Positions 1-16,207 of a DNA stretch of 64,000 nt are shown here, one piece after another (positions within the stretch are counted from its first letter, which is position 1; the number at the start of each line of letters is the position of its first letter). A program made the position numbers and the translations under genes. The notes under the pieces are model-generated. The model saw only the letters and a list, made by a program, of their open reading frames with translations, was not told where the DNA came from and did not search any database. This DNA is from Octopus vulgaris (Eukaryota). Location: positions 118,110,001 through 118,174,000 of the forward strand of contig OX597820.1 in NCBI GenBank assembly GCA_951406725.2. Direction: 5' to 3'.

Positions 1-180
1 AATTTTCTTATAGTTTCTTAAACATTCTCTAGAACAACACTATGTACAAAACCAATGGCATAACACCGTAGGCATAACACCGACATGAACTTCTAACTTG
101 TTGTCTCTTGAGGTCTCTGGGTGAGACTTGGAGCCAACTTGTAAAGCAAAAGACAAACATAAAATAATAATAATAATAAT
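1..180 (+). mobile_element. Probable 3' UTR of an R4/Dong-type non-LTR retrotransposon ending in an (AAT)n tail
   Basis: Unique sequence running into ataataat repeats at ~160-180, the same architecture as the R4/Dong ends at 31330-31985; no coding motif visible here. Confidence 0.35.
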
Positions 181-231
181 AACATCGTAATATACCTTAG
201 GAATGAGAACCCAGGTTCAAAATTTCCCTAA

Positions 232-277
232 GATACCTGATGAAAGCTGGAGGGTATATCAGCCGAAACGTTGTGTT
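232..277 (+). ncRNA. Minimal type I hammerhead ribozyme (family H1)
   Basis: GATAC-CTGATGA-A-aGCTG..CAGCc-GAAACGTT-GTGTT; lies in a ~180-bp element (181-358) homologous to 22736-22921. Confidence 0.75.
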
Positions 278-549
278 AACAACAAACAAGATGAGGACAA
301 ATATCCATCAAATGTAAATAATGTACACAGGTCCTCATCTCTTAAATATAGAATTGAAAAACACCTACAACAACAACAACAACAACAATAACAACAACAG
401 AAACAGCAACTTTGCAGTATATACAATAAAGACATTTTTTCTTGTTTTTTAAATTAAAATTCTTTATTATATTCAAAATAATCTTTAAGATGAAGAGTTT
501 GCAGAATTCTTTGCACGTAGGACATAATACATAGCAGTATTTTTTCCGG

Positions 550-1052
550 CTCTTTACATTGTGAGTTCAAATGCTACCTTTCAACCATTCAGGGCTGAGA
601 AAATAAAGTACCAGTGGAGTATTGGTGTCAATGCAATCGACTTGTTCCCTACCCTTAAAATTGTTTCATACTATACGCACAAGGCACGAAATTCTGGGGG
701 AGGTGCTACGTTTATTGCAGTGTCCCCCACCCGTGCTCAACTGGTGCTTATTTCATCGACCTCAAAAGGATGAAAGACAAAGTTGGTCACAATGGAATTT
801 GAACTCAGAACGTAAAGACGGATGAAATACCCATTTCTTTACTACCCACACGGGGCTAAACACAGAGAGGACAAACAAGGACAGACAAACGGATTAAGTC
901 GATTATATCGATCCCAGTGCGTAACTGGTACTTATTTAATCGATCCCGAAAGGATGAAAGGCAAAGTCAATCTCGGCGGAATTTGAACTCAGAATTTGAA
1001 TACGGCTACGCATTTCGCCCGGCGTGCTAACGATTCTGCCAGCTCGACCTCC
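550..1052. mobile_element. Cluster of tRNA-derived SINE family A copies (550-660 +, 676-828 -, 829-1052 -)
   Basis: Shared core gtcgactttgcctttcatcctttcggggtcgataaattaagtaccag and B-box-like gagttcaaattcc, repeated more than 12 times in the window; core resembles the Nin/Deu-type conserved SINE domain (recognition from memory). Confidence 0.85.
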
Positions 1053-1718
1053 CTTCAAAATTGTCAGACTTAAACCTTGCAACTAAGCGGTGTCCCGTTC
1101 AAACGGAATGTGATCTCGGTCACCTATACGTCATGGAAACCGGGTAACGATACTTATGTGTCCTAGAGCTCCAGAAGAAAAAAAAAAACGCTGCAACCCT
1201 TTTAAATGGTGCCCCTGAGTCTATTCGTGTCCTTAGAATGTGAACCATCGTTATAGGCACGACCGCTGTATGGTTGCAAGAAATCATCATGTGTTCGAAC
1301 GCATCTGAGATGCCAGCAACGGAAATGACCCACACTCGGTGGATGGCGCTGGTGTTTGGAAAGTGAAACGAAAGAAAAATGAAAATTGTACTTTTGCATA
1401 ATGGTTGCTTCTGCCATTTTGAATTAATTTTGTAGGTTCAGCAGAAATAAGGTATTTGTTTTCAATAAGAATGGATTGAATAGATATAATCAGTTACCTA
1501 TCTACTAATAGACTGCACTGTACGTCGAACAAAAATAAAAAAAATATTTGCCGTTGTCGATTGCCTTTAAGGATTTTTCCATTTGTTTACGACAAAGATT
1601 TTTCATATATTAATTAATAGATAATTCTGGAGAGGTTATTACTTGGCGTTGGTGAAAGCTGGGAAGAAACAACAGGAAGGATTGACTACTACTACTACTA
1701 CCACCACCACCACCACTG

Positions 1719-1781
<63 letters not shown>

Positions 1782-1819
1782 GCTACTACTACTACTACTA
1801 CTACTACTACATTAATATT

Positions 1820-2029
1820 GGTTTCAAATTTTGGCACAAGGCTAGCAATTGTAGGGAAAGGGCTCTGTCAATTATATCGACCTCAGTACTCAACTGGTAC
1901 TTATTTTACCGACCCCGAAAGGGTGAAAAGCAAAGTCGACCTCGGCGGAATTTGAACGCAGAATGCAAAGACGGACGAAATGCCGTTTAGCAATTTGCCT
2001 GACGTGCTAACGATTCTGCCAGCTCACCT
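1820..2029 (-). mobile_element. SINE family A copy
   Basis: Homology to 829-1052 and 24140-24375. Confidence 0.85.
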
Positions 2030-2050
2030 ATAATAATAATAATAATAATG

Positions 2051-2117
<67 letters not shown>

Positions 2118-2118
2118 C

Positions 2119-2167
<49 letters not shown>

Positions 2168-2515
2168 TTTTTATTTTTTATTTTGCAACAGAGATTAATA
2201 AATGTTCATAACGTTCTCTCTCCATGTTCAGGATTATGATTAAAGTTAAGGTTGTTTGAAGCACAACGCTCGAAAACACGAATCGCGTGACGAGAAAAAT
2301 AAAGCTATAGAAAGTAGATTCCTGATAGAGACACATTGTTATACACTCGTGGAGGGTGTGTGTGTGTATAGTGAAAGAACCTATCGACACTTCATTAGTA
2401 CATTGATTTATCGCTCGAGTAAGGAAGATGGGTGAATCGATCTCGATTGGGTTTTAGGTATGCAACAGAGATTAATAAATGTTCATAACGTTCTCTCTCC
2501 ATGTTCAGGATTACG

Positions 2516-2631
<116 letters not shown>

Positions 2632-2809
2632 TTATATATATTATATTTATGTATGTATATATATATGTATAGTGAAAGAACCTATCGACACTTCATTAGT
2701 ACATTGATTTATCGCTCGAGTAAGGAAGATGGGTGCATGTACATACATACGTATGTATGTATGTATGTATGTATCTATCTATCTATGATATATATATATA
2801 CATATATAT

Positions 2810-2855
<46 letters not shown>

Positions 2856-2888
2856 GTATATACATATATTATATATATTATATTTATG

Positions 2889-2922
<34 letters not shown>

Positions 2923-3010
2923 CATACATACTTACATACGTGTAAGTCTATATGTATGCATGTACATACATACGTATGTATGTATGTATGTATGTATGTA
3001 TGTATGTATG

Positions 3011-3045
<35 letters not shown>

Positions 3046-3636
3046 AAACTATTTATCTGTTTATCAATCTCTCTCATTACACACATATAAATATACGCAT
3101 ATACACGTACATTATATATATATATATATATATATATAAGAATATATATACAGGTATACATACATACGTAAATACAAAAACAAAGATTTCCTTGAATGTG
3201 ATGCTACAAGAGGTCTTCTTTGTTAGCTGTCAACATTAGTACCGAGAACGCCATTAGACAAAAATAAATGAAATAAACAAATAAATAAATAACAATTATT
3301 TATATGACAATGGTTTCAATTCAGAGACAGGAACGAAGTAAAGGATAGAAATATAATAAAATAAAAACAATAACAACAACAAACAATAAAACCACTTGAA
3401 TGAAGAACAACAACAAGAAATTATGAAATAAATACAAATAAAAGGTGAAATATGAATAACAAAGTAAGATGGCAGCCTCCCCTGCTACCCCAAACCACAA
3501 CCATTCTTCGACATCCCAATCTCCTCCATCCTTTTCCACCAAGGACCACACTTAAATCTGAAACTAGCCAGCTAAGCCATGAGAAGAATACTTCCTATTA
3601 ATGGCTGCGCTGCGTTCGGGTTAAATTGAGCCGATG

Positions 3637-3656
3637 ACCGGAAATGACGTCATTTC
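3637..3656. promoter_or_regulatory. ETS-CRE-like composite motif
   Basis: ACCGGAAATGACGTCA within the perfect 16-bp palindrome GAAATGACGTCATTTC (3641-3656); YY1-like AAGATGGC at ~3466. Confidence 0.3.
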
Positions 3657-3739
3657 AGCTGCACACGTTACCTTTGTTATTTCTACTTATTTTTGCAAGA
3701 CACGTTTCTTTATTCATTTACTTGGCTTTGTTTGTTTTT

Positions 3740-3806
<67 letters not shown>

Positions 3807-3961
3807 TATATGTAGACTCGGCGAAGAAGACCAAAATAGACAGCCATTGTTATTCTATTCTGTGTTTCTTTAAGTGTCTTTATTTTATTTTTGTATTACT
3901 GCGACTGTACTTTCTTCGCTCTTCTAATAGACTTTGCTGCCACAATAGTAGTGACAGTGAT

Positions 3962-4942
<981 letters not shown>

Positions 4943-5141
4943 AGTTTTAATAGTAGCAATACTAACAGTAGTAACAGCTGTTGTAGTAGTTGTGGTAATA
5001 GTATTAGATGTAGTAGTAGGGACTGTAGTAATAAATACATTGTTGTTGTTGTAAATGCATCGTTACCTTCTTGTTCTCGTTCTCGTTGAATTTTGCAAAT
5101 TTCCTTTCTCAGCCTCCTCCTACCATACCCCATCCATCTAT

Positions 5142-5487
5142 CCCTCCTCCTCCTCCTCCTCCTTCCTCCTTCTCCTTCCTCTTCCTCCTCCTTCCTCTTC
5201 CTCCTCCTTCTCCTCCTTCCTCCTCTTCCTCCTCCTCCTTCTCCTCCTCCTTTTCTTCTTCTTTTTCTTCTTCTTCTTCTTCTTCTTCTTCTTCTTCTTC
5301 TTCTTCTTCTTCTTCTTCTTCTTTTTCTTCTTCTTCTTCTTCTTCTTCTTCTTCTTCTTCTTTTTTCTTCTTCTTCTTCCTTTTCTTCTTCTTTTTTTTT
5401 CTTCTTCTTCTTCTTTTTCTTCTTTTTCTTCTTCTTCTTTTTTTCTTCTTCTTTTTTCTTCTTCTTCTTCTTCTTCTTCTTCTTCTG
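5142..5487. repeat. (CCT)n/(CTT)n polypyrimidine microsatellite
   Basis: Directly visible. Confidence 0.97.
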
Positions 5488-6014
5488 ACATTTCAATTAT
5501 TTCTTGCCTTGACAACATTTTATTAAAAAGAAGTTCTTAGTAACATGAGACAGCTGGAAACTTATGGCATCCTCTCGCTTGTTAAAAAAGAAAGGAGCAA
5601 AAACCAAAAGGTAACAGAGAATTCTCAAACTTATCCTCAAAATAAGACGACCACATATACACCTACACATCCATCTCACTCTCTACATTTATATATTGTT
5701 CTATTAATATATTTATGTATCTCTCTCTTTACAAATGGCTTCCATCTTTCGCCTTCAGGTCAACGAACGCCACCTGGTGACAAGCACAGAATGTTGGCCA
5801 TTAAATTCTCATTGAAAATTGGCGAAAAAGAAATGTGATTTGCTTTCTGAGTATTTTTAGGGGAAGTCACCTTGTTGGCTGTTGAAGTTTCAGACAAACT
5901 GAAAGAGAAAGACAGAGAGAGGGAAAGAGAGCCAGAGGGAGAGAGAGGGACAGAGAGAGAAGGATAGAGAGAGGGAGGAAGACATGGAGAGAGGAAGGAA
6001 GAAAGAGAGAGAGA

Positions 6015-6230
6015 GGTGCATTAGGCTATGTACTAACAAATTTAGACAAACACCTAGACTTACTAGGTTTTTCAAAGGAAAAGCAAAAGAAACTGATGCG
6101 GCTTCTCCAAATCCAGTCTATTAGTGGCACAGTGAAGTTTTGTAAGACATTGCAAAGATTCTCTATATGAAATTCTTACGTGAATGGATGCCCAGACTTG
6201 GATGTATGCGTCGACAGTTCAAAACCAGCT
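6015..6230 (+). mobile_element. 3' end of an R4/Dong-like (RLE-type) non-LTR retrotransposon
   Basis: Translates GALGYVLTNLDKHLDLLGFSKEKQKKLMRLLQIQSISGTVKFCK, matching the GALG...LQ....GT C-terminal motif also seen at 31345. Confidence 0.55.
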
Positions 6231-6460
6231 CACCATTTCAACCACATATTTTGAAACACCGGGAACTCTCTCAACTCAATAAGTGTTATCACTTTATTAG
6301 CGACCCGCTTGAACTCTCTTGAGAAAAACTTAAACAAATCATTCATACGTAGCCGTCCACATATCATCACGTATCTCCACCATTTATTTCCTTCCTCAAT
6401 ATTCATAAGGTTAACATTCCTGGTCACCGTACCTATATAATCCGGTGGCCGTGTGGATGC

Positions 6461-6539
<79 letters not shown>

Positions 6540-7099
6540 CTCTCTCTCTGACTGTCAGGACGCCAAAGAGCACGGAGCTGAATTGAAATGCTTTTACCAA
6601 GTCTTAATTGATAAGCTATCTGGTTAGTGAAAAGTCACTTCGAGAACCAGACCTTAGCTAACCTACGTTCTTTGTTTAATATTTCAAGCATGTTTTTACC
6701 GCAGCAACCTTAACATACCTACCTTACTCTTTAATTGACTGAATGATATTGTCTTACTTCATTGGCATGCATTTATATGCATTAACAAGGCCTTCTCTCT
6801 AATTTGATTTCTGTCCAATACATCAGCAACACCTTCCACCTCTTCAAACACTTCCTTCAGCCATGAACTGTCTTCTCGGATTTTATACCACGGACGCTAA
6901 GGTCACAGTATAAACATGCTGCTGTGACGGATGTATATCAATCAGTCTATACTGGCACTAACACACAATGTTAAAGATGGATTCAATTATTTCATTGTAT
7001 CCATATTTAAGAAATAAAATTTGAACTGAAGGAGTATTTTTGTTGCAGACCAGCGAACATGTGGAGGTCCCTTGCTGTTATAAGTTGAACCAGAAATTG

Positions 7100-7965
7100 T
7101 GAAAATGTTACTCAGTCACGTGACAAAAGCATGAAGAAACCAAATATTTAGAAATATATCTTGGATATTCTAAAACAATGCTCATTTATACAATGAACAA
7201 CTGCTCGAAGTGCGATAATTATCACAAAGATCCAGGCAAAATGGAACGGCTGCTTTTTAAATTGAACGAAAGGAATGAAACAAAAGAGTAATAAGGTTTC
7301 ATGTAAATTGTGCAATCTTCAAACACGAGCTCACAAAACTGTGATTTAACGACGCATCCATCTTTAGCAAAATGTAAAAATAAAAAGTGATGTAACAAAT
7401 AAGAATTGGCAATAAAATATGAAAGCAGTTCTTTTCCAGTTGTAAAATAATTAAATTACACCCTCAGTTAACAGCATTTGTACTTTGTCTTGGAAGCCTT
7501 CATACGAGCGATGATCATTTGACGAACATATTAATATAGGAACTCCTTCATCATAAATTGCAGCTGATTAGAAGCCACAGAAAACAAAATGTACGGCATT
7601 TATAAAAATGGTTATCGATCAATCCTTAGCAAAAGAACAAACAGAAGTAGTATGTTGTCTTTGATTTTGAACGAGTCAGCTGATGTTGCTTTGGAAAAAT
7701 ATCTAAGAATGCATGTTAAGATGCTACAATAAATGATAAATATATAAAATTGTATCACAGTTTCGAGAGTTAATTATTGTTACAAAATCAATGGCGAATT
7801 GTTGCATGAAGTCTATTGGACAACTGTTTTACTTTTGTGACCGACGGAGTTTCAAACCTTCGCAGTTTCAATAATTCTCTTTTCGCGTTAATGAAATCAG
7901 ATAATCCAAACTTGATTTTCATTAAACGCATATCGATCAATCCTTAGCAAAAGAACAAACAGAAG
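7100..7965 (+). pseudogene. Decayed hAT-type transposase fragment
   Basis: SLILNESADVALEKYLRMHVK (DES-D-like first catalytic region) and VTDGVSNLRSFNNSLFALMKSDNPNLIFIK (TDGA..N..PNL region), with stops and frameshifts. Confidence 0.6.
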
Positions 7966-8767
7966 ACATAGGAAATAACAAGTACTATGAACACACATTC
8001 TTACTCCACAATTCCAGGAGCAAAATTACCGCATTCCGTTGCAATGGATTTGGTCATGAAAAGAAAATAATACCACGTAGAGCATAGAACGGAAGTTATA
8101 CTTCTTTCCTGTCCATGGAAAATAAATGACATTAGATACGGTTCCCTAACGTCCTGACCAGTAAAATTCCATTAGAACAACATGTTGTACAAAAGGGTTG
8201 TCATAGCTGTTTTGGTACGGGTGTCCAAAGAATTGCTGGACCTTATACGTAGAACTATTGAAACCTTTCAAGTTATACACGTCTACATTTGGTAGTTCTT
8301 CTTGCAGATTATTACGATAGATCAATCTCAAATTGAGAAAAAAAAAAAGAAAGAAAAAGAACCTCAGGTTACTAAAGGCAAAAACTGCCAACACTCGACT
8401 GGTGAAGTTAATTTCCTCATCAGATTTCTATTGATTGGCTAGAATTTCAGTGTAAAGCAGTAATAACGATCGAACCAGTTTTGCTAGATTTGTCAGCATA
8501 TATCTTGACTCCTTTACAGCTTGCCACAAGGCAATGCTACACTTGGCAGACTCTTTTCGAGAGTAGTCTACACAAAAACTAATCGAATAGAATGCGATCG
8601 GATCTATTTTTGCGAATTTTAGGACGGAAAACAAGAATTTGCAAAAAGAGAATAGAATTCTTCATGACAAACGTTTTCAAGTCTTTGACGTAAAAATTAT
8701 TTTGAATAACATCATAATATATACATACATATATGCATGCAAACATACATATTTGTATGTATGTATG

Positions 8768-8801
<34 letters not shown>

Positions 8802-9008
8802 TGTATGTATGTATGTATGTATGTATGTATGTATGTATGTATGTATGTATGTATGTATGTATGTATACATAGACATATGCATACGTGCATACACCACACA
8901 CACGTTTAATATAATATAGGATATGATATATATAAATTTAAATAAAACTAAGATGTTTCGACCAAAGATTGGTCCAGGCCATGTCTAACCTAATAGCACC
9001 ATGCGTAT

Positions 9009-10113
<1,105 letters not shown>

Positions 10114-10119
10114 TGCACA

Positions 10120-10171
<52 letters not shown>

Positions 10172-10224
10172 TGCATATATATATATACATAATCTATATA
10201 GGGCTACTTATATAAGGCTACAAT

Positions 10225-10319
<95 letters not shown>

Positions 10320-10396
10320 GGGCTACTTTCTAACACAGTTTGCTATTGAAATTTCATACATGAACATTAAATCGATCTGGCCATCCTGACCCAGCC

Positions 10397-10431
<35 letters not shown>

Positions 10432-10795
10432 ATGACGTGTTATTTCCTGCTAAAAATTATTTTCCTTCATTTTACTTCGATATTAAATCAAAGCTCATTT
10501 CTTCAATATTACTTAGATCTCATTAAGCCAATAACAATTTATACATCGATATCACACCACGATCCTATGTCAGTATCACACACATAGACGCGATTACGTG
10601 GATGTCATTAACACCTTATTCGCTACTACAACTTCCTTCTCTGCTCTGTCAACAACACACACGCATGCGCATTGAGGCACATTCTCTCTCACACTTAATT
10701 TCAACACATGGTCGAGAGTTTTCTCTCAGAAATGTCTAACTTTCGCCTATATGTATATGCATATTCACTCTATCCATCCATCCATCCATCCATCC

Positions 10796-10880
<85 letters not shown>

Positions 10881-10979
10881 AGTATATATGTATTTATAAA
10901 TAATGTCTACATATATACATATATAAATGCACACACATACATGAATATAATTATCCATATATATATACACCTCTGGGGA

Positions 10980-11560
10980 GCACTATCTGTCATGAATTCC
11001 TTCAATAACTTACCAAACAAACATGAACATCTATTCTCTCAAATAGACATCCAGAATTGCGATACTTCTATATCCCAAGCAATTTACCACACGCAAAATA
11101 GTACATATATCAAAGACTCAGATATTAAAATAATTTTCGAAATGAGGTAAACCTTACTGTTTCATAACAATGCTATACGGCGAAAGAAGAATAGCAACGA
11201 GCCTATTGGCGTAGGTATGGGATCTAAAGAATCCGTGGAAGGTAACCACCTTGTTGGTTTATATCGCACAAAACTACTTCATGACAAATTTTCAAGACCT
11301 GCAAGTGGACTATATAGAGACGATGGACTACTTTTGCTCAGAAACACAAACCCTCATTCCACAGACAACTATAGAAAAAAAAACCTTTCACATTTTCTTT
11401 AAAGATTCAGGTTCTTCGACATTATATTTAACTTAGAAAACACAGAGTATCTCATCTTAAAAGAAACAGGAGTACTCAGATACATCAATGCTTCTTAAAG
11501 CTATTTTGGGAAGATTATTAAGAACATAGTGAAAACATTTCACAAAAACTGTTAATATTG
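10980..11560 (+). pseudogene. Penelope-like element reverse transcriptase remnant (Naiad-like)
   Basis: IDIQNCDTSI...LLFHNN...KKN...VGMGSKESVEGNHLVGLY...GLYRDDGL...RKK; the MGS..LVGLY..GLYRDDGL motifs are typical of PLE RT. Confidence 0.8.
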
Positions 11561-11574
11561 TCGGCTAACGCAGA

Positions 11575-12018
11575 GGAAGGTGAGAGTAGAAAGGGAAGCT
11601 TTGTCTAGTGAATGTTTAAAAAAAAAGATGGGTGAATCTAGCAATGATGGCACGTGAATGACGGAGCCAGCGTGAGCATAAACATATGAACAAAAAGAAA
11701 AAAAAGAAAGACGAAAGGAAAAAAGAGAGTCACTTACTGTAACGTGTTTTTTTGTATGACACTATTGCCTAAAGTCCCCGTGGTCTTTCCCGTAGACTTT
11801 TCTTTCCACGGTTAAACCTAATCTGTTATCCCTTTTTACATTGACATTTTTGTGATACACGATCCCTATTGATTGGCCCTTTTTTTTCCACGATCCCTTT
11901 TGATCGGAATTCGACCCACTTTTTTTCTTTTTTTCTTTTTTTCTTCTTCTCCAAAAGAAAAGCTCTACTTTGTATTTTGTCCCCTGTGTGTTCAGCCCTG
12001 TATTGCCAATAAAGAAGT
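11575..12018 (+). mobile_element. Probable 3' end and UTR of an L1/Tx1-like LINE
   Basis: KVRVEREALSSECLKKRW then a T-rich UTR ending in AATAAA at ~12008. Confidence 0.4.
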
Positions 12019-12044
12019 ACACACATACCCCCCCACACACACAC

Positions 12045-12213
12045 AAGGCGCAGGCGTGCCTGTATGACAAGAAGCTTGCTTACCAACCACATGGCCCCGG
12101 GTTCAGTACCACTGCGTGGCACCTTGGGCAAATGTATTCTACTGTAGCTTCCGGACGGGACGACCAAAGTCTTGTGAGTGGATTTGGTGGACGGAAACTG
12201 AAAGAAGCCCGTC

Positions 12214-12293
<80 letters not shown>

Positions 12294-12945
12294 GTGTGTA
12301 CGTGTGGGTGTATGTGTGTGTGTGTGTATGTGTGTGTTATCGCTTGACAACTGATAATGAGTGGTATGTTTACGTCCCCGTAACTTTGCGGTTCGACAAA
12401 AAAGACCCACAGAATAAGTACTAGGCTTACAAAGAATAAGTCCTGGGGACGATTTGTTCGACCTAAGGCGGGGCTCCAGAATGGTCTCCGTCAAATGACT
12501 GAAACAAATAAAAGAATAAAAGTATATATATATATATATGTGTGTGGCTGTGTGGTAAGTAGCTTGCTAACCAGCCACATGGTTCCGGGTTCAGTCCCAC
12601 TGCGTGGCATCTTGGGCAAATGTCTTCTGCTATAGCCCCGGGTCGACCAATGCCTTGTGAATGGATTTGGTAGACGGAAACTGAAAGAAGCCTGTCGTAT
12701 ATATGTATATATATGTATGTATGTGTATGTATATGTTTGTGTGTCTGTGTTTGTCCCCCTAGCATTGCTTGACAACCGATGCTGATGTGTTTACGTCCCC
12801 GTCACTTAGCGGTTCGGCAAAAGAGACCGATAGAATAAGTACTGGGCTTACAAAGAATAAGTCCCGGGGTCGATTTGCTCGACTAAAGGCGGTGCTCCAG
12901 CATGGCCACAGTCAAATGACTGAAACAAGTAAAAGAGTAAAGAGT
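12045..12945 (+). mobile_element. Two tandem copies of SINE family B (tRNA head, CORE-like domain, internal TA/TG microsatellite)
   Basis: tggctgtgtggt A-box, gggttcagtccc B-box, gtggcaccttgggcaagt CORE-like motif, tail gactgaaacaagtaaaagag. Confidence 0.9.
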
Positions 12946-12987
12946 ATATATATATATACACATACACACACATAAGTATATACATAT

Positions 12988-13035
<48 letters not shown>

Positions 13036-13604
13036 ATATCATTCACTTACACACATGCATTCACCCCCCCCCCGCCACACCGCAGTCACCCCTCATCGTT
13101 TGTTTAAAGCTCTTTCAGTCGTTTTCACAACATTATTTTTCTTCTCATTTACGTCCCTACTTCACATAACTTCTACGTCTGTTGATCCACCCTCATTACT
13201 TCCAACACACTTCCAAACACACCGCTGTTTGTAACACTCACCGCTCTCCCATCCTTTTCTTGTTCCGTCCCTGTCACCTAATTAAACTCCCTTTTTTTGT
13301 GTGATCTCCCTTTGTCTGGTGAACGAGGTGAGCCAGTTATTTTACTTCCGTCACTGCTTATTGATATCTGAGGCGTTTAGGAAGCATCCAACAAAATGGA
13401 GGCGTCGTCTGCCTTTACGAGAGATGTATGTATGCATGTATGTATGTATGTATGTATGTATGTATGTATGTATGTATGTATGTATGTATGTATGTATGTA
13501 TGTATGTATGTGTGTGTGCATGTATGCATGCATGCATGTATGTATGTACACACGGATATATATGTGTTTATATACATGTATATATGTTTGCCTATATCTA
13601 TCTA

Positions 13605-13682
<78 letters not shown>

Positions 13683-13855
13683 GTTCTAGCTTTCGTATAC
13701 CTACAATGCAATTGTTACCCATGAAATGTATTGAATTCTTTTTCTCCGATGTAGTGGTACCTGGTATTCACTCTAGCTATATCTATATCTAAATCTCTCC
13801 CCATCTCTCTTCCCCCTCTCTCTCTATATATATATATATACACACACACACACGC

Positions 13856-13886
<31 letters not shown>

Positions 13887-13891
13887 TTAAT

Positions 13892-14267
13892 ATAGTTATC
13901 GCCATACTAATATGGCAATCTTATAAATATAAGACTAAAGCTGTCGATGATTAGCTCCAAGAGGCCACCGCCTCAAGCTAGCTATTTGACACACAATCTG
14001 CATTGATAAAGGGCAACTAGCCTGAAACGCGTCTGCAGCTGTCTGACTAGCAGGATGAAGCGGCTGACCTCCCCTGTTCGAAAGTCTATAATGGACGCAG
14101 ATTGTGTGTCAAATAGCTAGCTTGAGGCGGTGGCCTCTTGGAGCTAATCAGCGACAGCTTTAGTCTTATATTTATAAGATTGCCATATTAGTATGGCGAT
14201 AACTATTAATTTCCAGTAACGCTGCCGTAATCTCTTTTAGAGAGACTTAGTAATTTTAATATTTCTA
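13892..14267 (+). mobile_element. Short PLE-type element with ~110-bp inverted duplication and a decayed HHR
   Basis: Arms 13892-14001 and 14097-14206; HHR CTGCA-TTGATAA-AGGGC..GCCT-GAAACGCGTC-TGCAG at 13998-14038; flanked by (TA)n. Confidence 0.7.
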
Positions 14268-14336
14268 TTATATATATATATATATGTATACATGCATACA
14301 TACATACATACATACATACATACATACATACATACA

Positions 14337-14398
<62 letters not shown>

Positions 14399-15269
14399 AA
14401 TTTAGAACAAACAGTAATACGTCGTCATTATTGTTTCGAATGTCGGAGCGAAGAGTACCAACACATTCTCGTCGGCTATTAATGGCAGCAAGCGTTATGA
14501 AAACCGTTAAATAAAAGGGAAGTAACTCTAATAGATGGAAAAAGAAAAAAGAAAAAAGAAAAAATACACGCAACCATATTCTCACAATACATAAATCTAA
14601 ATAGACATAAACCTCCTGCGTTCACAACGTCTACATACGTACACACTCACACAAGCATGTATACGTACATGCACACTCACAAACATATATGTATGTACGT
14701 GCTCATACATACACACATATCCATACACAGATATGTATATATATATATATACACCCTCCCATCACACACCTAGCAGAGATACTCAGCGCTGCTTGGGATT
14801 TAAATGGCATGGTTTTTTTTATTCATTTACTTGTTTCAGTCATTTGACTGTGGCCATGCTGGAGCACTGCCTTTTAGTCGAAAAGAAAGAAAGACAGAGA
14901 AAGAAAGAAACAGGGAGGGAGGAAGAAAGAAAGAAAGAACGAAAGAACGAAAGTATGGAAGAAAGAATGAAAGAACGAAAGATAGGAGCAGGGAAAAAAG
15001 AAAGAGGGAAAGTAAGAAAGAAAGGAGGAGGGGAAGAAAGAAAGAGGGTGAAAGAAAGAAAGAAAGAAAGAGGGAGGGAGAAAGAAATAAGGAAAATACG
15101 AAACAAAGAAAGACGGAAAGGTGGAAGGGAAGAATGAAAGAAAGATGGAATGAAAGAAAGAAAGAAGGAGAGAGAAAGAAAGAAGGAAGGAAAGAAGACA
15201 GACTAAAAGAGAGGAACTATTACGGAAGGTGAGAGAGAATATAAGTAAGAAAGAGAAACAGAGAATGAG

Positions 15270-15451
15270 AAAAAGGAAAGAATCGGTTGAAAACTGCAGA
15301 TTTTAGAGAAAGACCGATGTAAAAAACCTTTGTCCCTGTTTCTCGTTTTACTCGGAGCATCCTTGGCATACAAGCAATGTGTGTATAAAGTTTGGTAAAA
15401 ATCGGTTGAAAACTGTAGAAATGCATACATATTACACACACAGACACCCTT

Positions 15452-15470
<19 letters not shown>
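15270..15470 (-). mobile_element. Non-autonomous Helitron-like fragment (5' part)
   Basis: tataaag tttggtaaaaatcggttgaaa motif and terminal tttatata similar to the 5' part of 42813-43194. Confidence 0.45.
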
Positions 15471-15488
<18 letters not shown>

Positions 15489-15602
15489 TAGATATATATA
15501 TTTTTGTTTCTTTTTAAGTTTCAGTCCAAGGACTGCGGCCATGCTTGGGCACCGCCGTTTACTTTGCTACACCTTCACAAAGCCTCCTCTGATATATGAC
15601 AT

Positions 15603-16060
15603 TTAGTAGATGAGGGAGTTTGACGTTGCTGCCCTCATCTGTATTTCTTGCCTACAGATAGGTTCATCCGGAACTCTTGATAAAACTGGATTTAGTTTTG
15701 TTTTGAAAAAGTTTACATCCACGCCATGCCGGTCTCTCAGGCTTTGTGGGAGGATATTGAAGAGCTGTGGCCCTTTGAAGTCCAAATAGTATCTGGTCCT
15801 GTAACCTGATGGAAATGTTGGGACCTCTGATACCATGCAGTAGCGCCCCGTCCTACTGCTTGTGTAAGTGACAATGTGAAAGTTTGGAACAAGCTTTTCT
15901 CGGATTTTCCAGATGTATATTACTGCTATCTTTCCTGCTTTTGCTTCAGGGAGTAGACTTAACTCTTTCGATCTCTCCCAGAAGCTGATATGTCGCATTG
16001 TATCGATCTTCCTTTTGTAGCTTCAATGGATCGCCTCGAGTTCCGTCGTTAATATAATCA
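15603..16060 (-). mobile_element. 3' end of a CR1/L2-superclade LINE ORF2
   Basis: FWERSKELSL...IYIWKI...VPNF...GPQLFNILP...FKTKL...VPDEP...AATSNSL C-terminal motifs. Confidence 0.7.
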
Positions 16061-16131
16061 ACTTACCCTTTCCTCGTTTTATTCTTGTTCAATTTCACTG
16101 CACAACCGAGACTCACTCACACACACACACA

Positions 16132-16207
<76 letters not shown>

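Noticed and set aside
7970-8640. Inverted C-terminal half of the hAT transposase
   Set aside because: Only vague motif resemblance; needs blastx.
8950-8982. GACCAA/TTGGTC hairpin followed by GAAACATC (minus strand)
   Set aside because: No CUGANGA and no stem I.
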